Positions 18,359 through 28,800 of a DNA stretch of 52,452 bases are shown here, one piece after another. Below the pieces are notes generated by a model. The model did no database searches. It was not told the origin of the DNA and was given only the letters and a program-made list of their open reading frames with translations. This DNA comes from a virus (Duplodnaviria; Caudoviricetes): the IMG/VR virus record IMGVR_UViG_3300044302_004114, positions 1 through 52,452 of that record. One strand, 5' to 3'. Position 1 is the stretch's first letter. Every line of letters starts with the position of its first letter. The position numbers and the translations under genes are program-made.

Positions 18359-19105
18359 GTGGACACCCTAGAGGAAGAGTTTGCTAAAGTTGTTGATTCG
18401 GTTATTGACGATCAAGAAGAGATTGTTTTAAAAGAACTAGAATCTGATGCCACACAAGCACTGCTTGGGTTAGGAAAAGATGCAGATTTTAGCGTGGTTG
18501 CACCACTAGCAGCATTAGGGGTATCCTCTCAACAAATGAACACCTTAATGGATGGCATTTATAAACAAGCCGTTGTAGATAACATCCAAGAAGGATATGG
18601 AACATCTGTCGAGGAAGACACTAAAAATGCGTCAGTTTCACAAAATATAGCCACAGTAAACGAGTTCAATTCCACGACGCAGAAGCAAATTGTTGCTGCG
18701 CTGGCTACGGCATCAGCATTAACTGATGATTCTGGCAATGGAGATATTGATGTGGCACTTAAGATAGCCCTTGCATATTCTTTAATTAAGAGCGTTTTTA
18801 ATAGATTGCGAACAAAAAGAAAGCCTTTAATTGTTGATACTGGTGTTCTTGGCGCCTACAATCTAGGCTTATTTGACTCTTCTGTTGCATTAGAACAGCA
18901 AGATGGGGGGCGACCCATAACCAAACAATGGCTTTCTTTGAGAGATGAGAAGGTTAGAATGGCGCATAGAAACCTAGATGGTGAAAAAGTGCCTGTACAA
19001 AGTGCCTTTATATATAATGGAATACCTATTAGATTTCCTAAAGATCCACTAGCGCCACCGAATTTGACCATAAATTGCCGATGCTTGTTGAAATTTAGCC
19101 GATAA
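18359..19105 (+). CDS. MuF/SPP1 gp7-like head morphogenesis protein
   Basis: K.W....D..VR..H..LDG, FP.DP.AP....INCRC; no RBS before the GTG. Confidence 0.85.
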   Translation: MDTLEEEFAKVVDSVIDDQEEIVLKELESDATQALLGLGKDADFSVVAPLAALGVSSQQMNTLMDGIYKQAVVDNIQEGYGTSVEEDTKNASVSQNIATVNEFNSTTQKQIVAALATASALTDDSGNGDIDVALKIALAYSLIKSVFNRLRTKRKPLIVDTGVLGAYNLGLFDSSVALEQQDGGRPITKQWLSLRDEKVRMAHRNLDGEKVPVQSAFIYNGIPIRFPKDPLAPPNLTINCRCLLKFSR

Positions 19106-19202
19106 ATATATAAACTATAAAGAGAAACTATATATAAAGTGTGTTAGAACGGCACATTGTAGTATGTAGGATATGGGTATTGGAATTATTTTTAGGAGAA
19201 CT

Positions 19203-20801
19203 ATGTCCACTCTACTTTTCAATTCAAACGCAAATGTGGTCAACCAAGAAGACGAAGATTTTACGTTTAAAGCAATTTCTGGTCAAATTGGCGTTGACAA
19301 AGCAGAAGGTATTGTAGAAGCCTTTGTTTCTGGCATAGGAAACAAAGATTCCGTAGGAGATATTGTTCTTCCAGGCGCATTCAAAGCGTCATTACATCGA
19401 AGAAAACCACGTGTTGTTTGGGGCCACGACTGGAACCAACCAATTGGTAAAGTTCTCGAAATGTATGAAGTTGGACCAGCAGATCCTAGATTGCCTGAAA
19501 AAATGAAAAAAGCAGGCATTGGTGGACTTTTTGCTAAAGTTCAATTTAATTTGAATACTGAACGTGGACGAGAAGCGTTCGCAAACGTTGCTTTTTATGG
19601 AAAAGAGCAAGAGTGGTCAATTGGATACAAAACAATTACTGCGGATTTTAATCCAGACAAGCAAGCAAATATGCTTAAAGAAGTTGAATTATACGAGGTT
19701 TCTCCTGTTTTGCATGGAGCGAACCAACTAACTGGCACCATTTCAGTTAAAGATGACGAGGAAGGCATCATGGAAAAAGGACATTGGGAAGATCACGACA
19801 AGGACGGTCCACAAAATAGCGCTGATGCCGTATCTGCAATGATTGGCAGGGCACTATCAATGGCTCTTCGCAAACCAGTTCGAGTACTACAAATTATGGA
19901 CAATTCAGTAGTGTTTCAGACTGGAGAAAATGCAGTTTGGATGGCTACATTCACAAGAGATAATGGACAAATTCAAATTAGCAAACCTACACGTGTGAAG
20001 CCTACAGTTTCATACACCCCGATAGGAGACTCAAACTCACCTTCCATGATGATAAAAGACAATACAGAACTTCCTGAAAGTTTAAGAGACGCAGATCCCG
20101 AAGAAGGGACATGGGCGACTCCTGACATTGCTTTGGCTTGGTCAAAGACGTTCGGTTGTGATGGGTATCATTCTCATGGCGGTGGCTATTTGCCATGCTC
20201 GACTCATGAAGAGTACCAAAAAGCATTAGAACAGTTTGATGGAAATGCAAACATTAACTCGCACAACAACTACCTTGCTGGGGTTGAGGTAGAAGAAGCA
20301 AAAGATGCTGAATCAGAAAAGGGTGCTTGTGGTTGCGAAACAGAAGAAAAAGGTGGCGTACATGGTCACTCAGGTTACGGGAAACCTAAAAAGAACTGGA
20401 AAGAAGACCCAATGGCTCTTCTCCTAATGGCGTACAATGCCATGCTTCCCGTAAGAGGCGCAAGTGAATTAAGAGAGGCTACGTTAGCCGTAATTAATTC
20501 TCTTGAAGAGTTTTTAACATCAAATCCAGCATCTGCCGAAAACAATGAAAAGGCACTTTCTGGCTTTGTTGTGCATGTAAAATGCAATGAGAATCAAGCG
20601 CTTGATGTTGTTGATGCTATGAATGGGGTATCTGTCCTTTCATTTAAGAGTGAAGAAGGGATTGACCTGCATTTTTCAACAAAAATTGCGCATGACGAAC
20701 TATTAGAGAAGGTAGCGTTTGGTTTGGCTTCTTTAGAGTTTGATCCCCAATTTACAATAACAGACAATACAAGCGTTGACACCGACGAGGGTGTTCAGTA
20801 A
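19203..20801 (+). CDS. HK97-type prohead protease with long C-terminal extension
   Basis: GNKDSVGDIVLPGAF, WGHD...PIG, WSIGY, LYEVSPV..GAN; AGGAG RBS at 19203. Confidence 0.9.
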   Translation: MSTLLFNSNANVVNQEDEDFTFKAISGQIGVDKAEGIVEAFVSGIGNKDSVGDIVLPGAFKASLHRRKPRVVWGHDWNQPIGKVLEMYEVGPADPRLPEKMKKAGIGGLFAKVQFNLNTERGREAFANVAFYGKEQEWSIGYKTITADFNPDKQANMLKEVELYEVSPVLHGANQLTGTISVKDDEEGIMEKGHWEDHDKDGPQNSADAVSAMIGRALSMALRKPVRVLQIMDNSVVFQTGENAVWMATFTRDNGQIQISKPTRVKPTVSYTPIGDSNSPSMMIKDNTELPESLRDADPEEGTWATPDIALAWSKTFGCDGYHSHGGGYLPCSTHEEYQKALEQFDGNANINSHNNYLAGVEVEEAKDAESEKGACGCETEEKGGVHGHSGYGKPKKNWKEDPMALLLMAYNAMLPVRGASELREATLAVINSLEEFLTSNPASAENNEKALSGFVVHVKCNENQALDVVDAMNGVSVLSFKSEEGIDLHFSTKIAHDELLEKVAFGLASLEFDPQFTITDNTSVDTDEGVQ

Positions 20802-20804
20802 GAT
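20776..20804 (+). promoter_or_regulatory. Sigma-70/SigA promoter
   Basis: TTGACA-17-TAAGAT. Confidence 0.65.
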
Positions 20805-20828
20805 AATCTTAGCGGATTAGGAGTAACA

Positions 20829-22673
20829 ATGAGCGACAATCTTAACGAAGACCTTCAAAAGTTTGAAGAACTTGAGAAACTTCTCAATGAAGAGACTGAA
20901 GTCAAATCAGATGAAGAAGAAGGCGAAGTAGTAGAAGAGGCTGAAGAAGTAGTCGAAAGTGAAAGCGGTGACGAAAGTGAAACTGTTTCTGACGAAGATG
21001 ATTCAGAGGTTGAAGTTGAAGAAGAGGCGGAAGAGGCTTCATCAGACGATGATGAGGGCGAAAGCGCTGAGGCAGAATCTGAAGATAGCGAAAGCGAATC
21101 TGACGAGGGAGATGATGCGGAAATAGAAGAGGCTGAAGAATCCCCTGAAGATGCTGACGATGCAGAAGAGTCTGAAGAAGATGAAGAGTCTGAAGAAGAT
21201 GAAGAGTCTGAAGAAGATGAAGAGTCTGAAGAAGATGAAGAATCTGAAGAAGATGAAGAAGATGAAGAGTCTGAAGAAGATGAAGAATCTGAAGAAAAGT
21301 CTGCTGAGGAACAAGAAGTAGACTCAAAGGCAGCAAGCATTATGGCTAGAATGGTTTCTGAAGAAGATGAAACAGACATGCCTGTACTTTGGTTCAAAGA
21401 AGCCGATCTTCTTGAGGCTGAAAATGACGGTGAAATAATTACAGCCTTGGCATACGATGACTTAGATGAAGACGCAAAAGGCGCATATGAACCTATTGAG
21501 GTTTTTGAAGAGGTTTCCGGTAAAGGATGGGGAACCAGATATCGCCGAATTAGCCCATTAGAACGGAATAGGCAACGAAAAGAAACAGAAGAAGTGGTTG
21601 AAGAGGCTACAGAAACTGTTAAAGACATGTTTGACACTGCGGAAGAAGCGGCAGAACGAGCAACCGCACTAGGGTGCGAAGGCTCACATGCACATGAAGG
21701 TGGCAAGTTTATGCCATGCGCTTCCATGGAAGAGTATGAAGCATTAGTTGCTAATGCTGCTGAGAAATCAGAAGAGTTCCTTTGTGGTCAACAGCGCAAA
21801 TCTGTATCGCAACCTTGCGACATTTGTAGAGGAGGCTGTGCGCCAGAAGATGGGCTACCCGGTCTTCAAGACATTGAACTAATTGTCAAAGACGCTCACA
21901 GCGGATCAGAGATTATAGGATCTGGATACTCAAACGTTGACGACATGTTTGTTGTGGACATTAAGCGTGAAGATGGATCAGCAATTGAAGTATTCCTTTC
22001 TGGAGACGGACAAGAACTTGGATGGTTGCGACTAGATGAAGAACTTCTTGATGAAAAATCACTCGAAGGGATTGAAATAGTTTCTAAAGCAGACGCAGAA
22101 GACGTTGCACAAAAAGCAGTTGCAGAACTTGAACTTGAAGGCACAGTAATGGGTGTTATGGTAGATGTTTTCGCTGATGAAGACGTTTACGTTGTTGAAG
22201 TTGAAACTGATCAAAAGAGTTTTGACTTCTTTGTTTCAATTGATGGAAAGATGCTTGGATACGACGAGTACGAAGTTGAACTTGACACTGAAATAAGCGA
22301 AGAAGATGAGATCAAAGCACTTGAAGCGGAACTAGAGATCAAGCGAATGTACTCACGTGAGCAACGAGAGGCAATGGCAGAATCTGGTGAAGCAATGGAA
22401 GATGGATCTTTCCCAATCGCAGATCAAGCAGACTTAGAAAACGCAATTGCTGCCCTACCACGTGCAACTGATAAAGAAGCAGTTACAGCACACATTATAA
22501 AGAGGGCAGAAGAGTTAGGTTTGACAGAAATGCTTCCTGACGGTTTTGCAACAGCAGTTTCAGAGACAGTAGAAGAAGACGATGAAGGAGCAGAGAAAGC
22601 CTCTCCTGATTCAGAGATTATAAGTGCTCTTGAAGAGTTCCAGAGTATGAAGTTGGAGGAAGGGCTTTCCTGA
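20829..22673 (+). CDS. Extremely acidic multidomain head-module protein (scaffold-like?)
   Basis: E/D-rich N-terminus, GCxGxH..MPC module, Cys cluster, C-terminal DGSFPI..L.NAI..HII.RA domain. Confidence 0.75.
   Translation: MSDNLNEDLQKFEELEKLLNEETEVKSDEEEGEVVEEAEEVVESESGDESETVSDEDDSEVEVEEEAEEASSDDDEGESAEAESEDSESESDEGDDAEIEEAEESPEDADDAEESEEDEESEEDEESEEDEESEEDEESEEDEEDEESEEDEESEEKSAEEQEVDSKAASIMARMVSEEDETDMPVLWFKEADLLEAENDGEIITALAYDDLDEDAKGAYEPIEVFEEVSGKGWGTRYRRISPLERNRQRKETEEVVEEATETVKDMFDTAEEAAERATALGCEGSHAHEGGKFMPCASMEEYEALVANAAEKSEEFLCGQQRKSVSQPCDICRGGCAPEDGLPGLQDIELIVKDAHSGSEIIGSGYSNVDDMFVVDIKREDGSAIEVFLSGDGQELGWLRLDEELLDEKSLEGIEIVSKADAEDVAQKAVAELELEGTVMGVMVDVFADEDVYVVEVETDQKSFDFFVSIDGKMLGYDEYEVELDTEISEEDEIKALEAELEIKRMYSREQREAMAESGEAMEDGSFPIADQADLENAIAALPRATDKEAVTAHIIKRAEELGLTEMLPDGFATAVSETVEEDDEGAEKASPDSEIISALEEFQSMKLEEGLS
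21165..21296 (+). repeat. Coding tandem repeat, 18-nt unit (EESEED)
   Basis: GAAGARTCTGAAGAAGAT ~7 copies plus one half unit. Confidence 0.9.
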
Positions 22674-22690
22674 TTAGTTTGGAGGCTTAA

Positions 22691-22870
22691 ATGAAAGCCA
22701 ACATAATTGGGGAACGGATTAGTCTTGCTAATGAAGCCCTTTTTGAACTTGGTGCAAGTCGATTTCTTGGTGCCGTATGGGAAAAAGACGAAGTAGAATA
22801 TGTAGATAGCAATGGTGTTTTACACCAGTATATTCCACTAGATGAAGTTGGGGACTCAGATGGAAACTAA
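22691..22870 (+). CDS. Small hypothetical protein (59 aa, not in the ORF track)
   Basis: GGAGG RBS; MKANIIGERISLANEALFELG...DSDGN*; fills the gap before the giant gene. Confidence 0.7.
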   Translation: MKANIIGERISLANEALFELGASRFLGAVWEKDEVEYVDSNGVLHQYIPLDEVGDSDGN

Positions 22871-25800
22871 CATTGAGATAAAAGGACCTCAGGATGTTCT
22901 TTTAGACCTACCCCAAGAGAGACTCACATCTATTACTCGTGGGCGTGGGCCTAGACGAGGCAACTTAGAGGCACTTCTTCGTTATTGGCGACCAATAATG
23001 CGAAAGCCTGGCGGGTTTCGTAGGTGCTTGGTTATTTTAGCGAACCACCCAGAGTTGTACCCTCTGGAGCGCATCTGTGCGTGGCTTCACCATGAAACCA
23101 CTGGATTGTGGCCCAACGAGGGAAATCATCACAAGCGAGGACGAAAAAAGAAGAAAAAGCGTAAACGCAGGAAACTAACCAGAAGAGTTAGGCGTGCGGC
23201 AAGGCGCAAAAAGTCTATAGATTTCGGAGACGACATTGTAGAAGTTTCTGCAATGCGTTTAGCGGTAAGAGAGGCTAGGGATATAGGTGGCGTACTTGTG
23301 CAACCAATTGCTGGGCGTCAAAACGCTGTAAATCTAAAAACGGCTATGTTTGTTCAGTACTCTGAACCACTACCCGTAACTGGTCAAATTGAAGTTAAAA
23401 GGCGTGGTCTTGTTGGAAGCAGGGGACGTGCTGGTCAAACAGTGCAAGGTATAGGCACCTTCTTGCTACCAGGCGATATGTCTGATTTTAGAAATCCAGT
23501 TCGCTCACAAATATATGAAACACTTACACCAGGTGGTGGACGAGATAGGATTCCTAGTGCTCGTCGTTTACTGCGTGGTGCTGGGCGTGGTGCTAGAAAT
23601 AAATTCAGGTGTCCACCTGGTTTCCAAAAAGGTGGAACGTTTACAAATCGTGAATTCAGTACTTGTGGTGCTCAAATATTGGGCTTGCCTTCATTTGGTC
23701 CAGGTTCTCCTTCAGAGGGAGCGCAGAGGGCACTTGCTAGGTTGGCTAGAAATGCTGAACTAGTTAGGTCAATTGGTGATCTTAGGAAGAACAGAAGCGC
23801 TTACGACATTATTCGTGCTGCTCAAATTCCGGTTGCACCTAAAAAGGCTAGCCCTACCCGTAGACAAACTTCTGTAGACTTGGTTCTTAACAGAATTAAA
23901 AATGAAGAATTCGGAACTCGACTTGTTCGTAGAGACGGTGTTATTCTTGAGCCTGTAGTCTCTTTACAGGCGCTAGGCGGAATGGACGAATTCGACGACA
24001 TGGTTGATGGCAGTTTGATAGACAGGTACACAAAAGGTCAGATTGGTAAAGACATGATTCCTGCGTTTGGCGCTGGATTGAGAGATGTTTATGTTGGCAT
24101 ACCTGAAACTGACTTGGCTGTTAAAATTAGTCGTGTTGGTGGAGAGTTGAAGCCTTCAGAAATGGATGCGGTACAAAGGACTTTCCCAACATCTTTAAGA
24201 AGATCAGCAAACTTGCCTGATCCTTCTGCAGCCATCTATAACTTATCTGAGACAACTAACGGAAGGTTTAAAGTTGAGATAGGAGAGTTAAAGAATAATA
24301 GGTTTAACAAGGTAGACGACGCTCGAAACGAAAGAATAAGAGTTCAGTCTGGCGGACAAGTCCTAATGGTACCACGTTGGGTGTATGACACATTTCTGTC
24401 CAGATCAGCGCCAAGGCGTGCAAAGGGCGACAAAATATTTGAAATTGTCAATGAAGAAAAAGCAGGCAATCCGTTTCTAATATCAACAAAGGCAGTAGCA
24501 CATAAAGCGATTAAAGGCAATGGTAGATACCATGACAAGATTGAATTGCGTATTGCTGCGTTTGCTGATAGTATTGAAGCCGCAAATGTTGAGGTTAAAA
24601 AGGGAGGACGAGTTGCTGGTAGTGCTGTAAGCATTTTAACACCAGGCGATCGTTCACCTTTTACTAGTCCTGTTAGGTCGGGAATATCACGAGCGCTAAC
24701 GCCAGGAGGCGGTAGCGGTGTTGGTGGTAGGGCACGTGCTATTTTTGATCCAGGTATCAACATGCACAGGTGCCCACCGGGTACTCGTAATGCAGGGCAG
24801 TTTACTGATCCAATGGGTCGATCCTGTGGTTATAGTTTGCCTCGCCGGTTGGTGAATGCCATGGTTGATACAGGCGTTCGAATTGAAGATCGCATGGAAG
24901 AGCGAAGGCGACGGCGTGGCGATCGTGAACCGGTACGGCAACGTTTGGGTAAGGCTTATCGTGAGAAACTTGCTAATGCGCAAGATAGACTTTCTGATGT
25001 GATGAAAAGGTTGGCTAATGTTTTAAGGGTTACAGAAGATCGTAATCGTGGTGATGTTGGTCCTACTATTGCAGATCGTAGAAGAAGGGCAGCGCTTACG
25101 CCTGAGCAGAGAGATTTGCTAGATGGTGGAGAGTTGCGTGATGCTTTGCAGAATATGCAGAGAGTGTTAGAAGAACGTGATTTTGATGACGCTGATATTT
25201 CTGATGTAAGAAAAGCATTTAAGCAGGTTGAAGAAGCCGCTCAACTTGAGGCTGGAAGAATTACAGATAATCCTGTTAGGACTCCACAACAACGAAGCAT
25301 GATGGCTTCAATCCAAGAGACTCTTGAAGCAATTATGCGAAAACTTGCACAGGTTATACGTCCAGGTGATGGGCGACGTGATCGTGATGATCGTGATCGA
25401 ACTCCTCGCCGTGTAAGGGCGCAAGAGGCTGGTGAAAGAGGACTCCGCCGAGCGGCTGATGTTGTTCGCCCCGATGGAGATCGTCGTGGCAGGAGAAGAG
25501 GCGAGCCTCGTCGTGTACGAATGCAAGAGGCTGGCGAAAGAGGTCTACGTAGGGCGGCTAATGCAGTTAGACCCGAAGAAGATCGTAGAAGAAGGCAGGG
25601 GCAAGCAAGAAGAGTTGTTACCCCAGATGGACAAGATGAACTAGCAAGACGAAATCGTCGCCTAGGATTAAGACGGCGCAACGCAGCAGTTGAAATGGCT
25701 CCCATGCGCAATCTAAACCAACGAAATAGAAGAAACGTTAATAGAGAAGTTCAGCAACAATTTAATGAGTTGAGCGACTTTTGGGCACGAGAATTGGGTG

Positions 25801-28800
25801 TTGGTGACAGAAATGCCTTCTCAGAAGCACAGATTCGTAGATATATTCGGAGACAGCCACAAAGAAGACGCAGGCTTTTGGAAAGGCGATATAGGGACTG
25901 GAATGAACTTAACGCTCTTCTTAATGCCAATGATGAAAATCCTGAGCATAATGAATTTGAGGATAGGTTAGGAAGACTAGCCCCTCATCGTCGTGAAGCG
26001 TTCTTGAGAAGAGTTGGTGTTAATCAACCTAGGAGAGAAGAACGCAATAATGAGCGCCCTCGTGGTTGGACTGGCTTTGATGGTAGATCATGGTTTTTGG
26101 ACGACAATAACAAACCAGATGCTACGCCACGTCCATCCGCTGAAGAAGTACTACCGGGTGCGGTAACTGAGATGGAGGCGGATGAGAGAGGCGATACCAT
26201 AATTCCATCACCGAACATGCAGGAGATCGCTGAAGTCACTGAATCGGAAGCGATGCCACAAAGCGTGGCGGATCTTGAAGATTTCCTTGCTGCCGCCCCA
26301 TCGGGCAACCGAAGAGGACCGGAGGCACGTGAACTAAGGGCTGCTGGTATCGCTCGTGCGAACGATCGACAAGTAGCACAATTAGTTGATGTATTAGCAC
26401 CTAATGTAATGCGTGATCCAGATGGTACTGGGGATCAACTTCAGGAACTTAGCGACAGTGCATTATACATGTTAGATGCTCGCTTAGATATGATGGTGGC
26501 AAATCCAAATAATACAGTAACGATTCCACCATTCGCTAGAGAAAAGGTCAGAGCAGAAATAAGTCGCCGAAACCTTCCACCACGTAAGCGCCTAACCGCA
26601 GATGACAGAGATAACCTACTAGAACTTGAAGAAATGTGGAGAGGGGTACGTCCAGGAGAAGGCCTTCTCGCTGAAGTTTCCGATGAGAGACTTAACGTAT
26701 TAATTGATACGTTCCAGAATGGTGTAGATATTCGCCAACGGCGTGATGGAGTGAATCCAAACCCTAACGGCTTATCAGATGAAGAATGGGAGCGTGTGAA
26801 TAGAGTTCGTGCTGCACTTATTGTGGAAAGAAACAACAGGAGTGGCGCTCCCGATCGACAAGAGTCAGATAGCCTTGTTGATGGTATGGACATGAACTTA
26901 GAACCTCTAGGAAGCGATGTGATGGGTCTTGATCCTGACGCATGGTTAGAGGATCAAAGAGATTTGAGTCCTGAAGATGTTGAGTTGCGACAATTAGTTC
27001 AAAATTGGATGAGGGATAACAATGTTGCATCACTTTGGGATCGTGAAGATACATGGAAACTGGAGTTTGCAGATTCTCTTAGCGAAGATGAAGCAAATAT
27101 TTTTGCAACAGCCTTGGCAAGGAGACAGATTAGGTTAGATCAAGGTGGAGTCGTTTCAAGAATGGATGACCGGTTGTTAGATACTTTGGCCACCCGACAT
27201 CGCCTGAACGTTGAGGCTCAAGAAGAGATGCGTAAAGCCAGATATAGAAAAGTCCATGGAATAGATAGAATGAACCCCCGCTATTGGAATAACAATAATG
27301 CAAATGATTTCAGTCGAAAACAAGCAGCCGAAAGGTATCGAGATCACTTGATACGGCAAGGTGATTGGTCAGCCGATGGTGATATTATTGATAGTATAAC
27401 TGGCGAAAATGTCAATTGGGTGCGGGACGACATTTTAAGTGATCAACAGGCTGTCAATAACAGTGTACAAGCAGTAAATAATACTGTAGCAAATAGCCCA
27501 TCTTCGCCTGCTTCAGCAGCACGTGCTATTGCTAATTATGACTGGAAAGAAAAACGTAGGCAAAAAATTAAGAAGAGGCAAGAGCAAGCCATCCAACAGG
27601 CAATAGATCGCCATGGAAACAAGCGTCCGTATGCTCAATCAGTAGAAGATATCTCTAATATGCGTAAGCCTGATGGGACTCCCGATACAAGGAAGCAAAA
27701 CGCATACTTTAGGCAGATTTTCTCACACAGGGAAGAGGTTGATGCTGGCACGGTTGAAATAAATGGTCAGACATATCGGAAGACTATAACGCCTATGGTC
27801 ACTAGCACTAAAGTTAGGCGAAATGCGGATGGAACTGTTACCGGTGCTACTGTTAGAGGTAAATTCAGATTTAGAGTGTATGATTCTGATGGGAATGTAG
27901 TTGCTGACGAAACAGCAAGCCCTCAGGGTGGGTATTCAAGAGGACTTTTCAGCAGAAATATAAAGATAACAGAAGGTCGAGTTTCACACAGCACTTTTGG
28001 TGTTGACAGGACTTTAACTGTTGACGGAAAATCTGTAAACTTTAAAGCAGGCGGATTTGGCGATAAGTTTAACAACAATGCAATATTGTTCTATAGAGGA
28101 TTGGGTGTTGATAAAATATCTGTTGGTGCTGCTGGCGATGGAAACGCTATTTGGCCACGTCAAGGATTTAGGGAAGACAACTTTAAGGTAGAGCGCCTAA
28201 ATGCTAGAGGCGGACCAATGGAATCATTGGTTGGTAAATTCAGATCGTATGAGCGCAAAATAGCGAGTGGTGAAACACCTGATGCTTCAGAAATTACTGC
28301 TAGAATTCTTATTGGGGATTCTGCTGCTGCGTCACGAGTGGAAGCAATGCTTGCTTCTGCCCAAGCAACACGAAACATTGATGATATGCCTAGCATACAT
28401 GATTACAGTCTTGCTTTGGATCCATCAACCGCTTCTGGAATAAGCCGAAACACTGCTTTACATAATGTTTGGAGAAGGGGTACCCTTGATAAGGAAATGT
28501 CCCCATCTGACAGGCAAGCAATTGTGGCAGCGCTTCAAGCGGAAGGTATTAGTGACAGCAAGATTGAGTCAGCCTTAAGAGGTGGCTCTAGAGAGTATAA
28601 ACCAGCGTTTGGCGGAGGCGACCTACCAGGCTTTGGCTCTGGCGTATGGACGATCAGTGATGTTGAAGTTCCTTCTGAGTCGGAGGTACAGGACCGTGTT
28701 GCTAGAGGAAATCCCTCTGACTTTTTAGTCCCTAGTGAAGTTGTGCCTAATGTTGCTGGTGGACTTAATCCAGGTTTGGGTGGTGCACAACAAGTAAAAT

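Noticed and set aside
19105-19140. AAACTATA repeats as a late-promoter motif (reverse copy near 41066)
   Set aside because: Too short and AT-rich to separate from background
20855-21727. Long Ser-rich and other minus-strand ORFs
   Set aside because: Antisense shadows of the GAA-rich acidic gene
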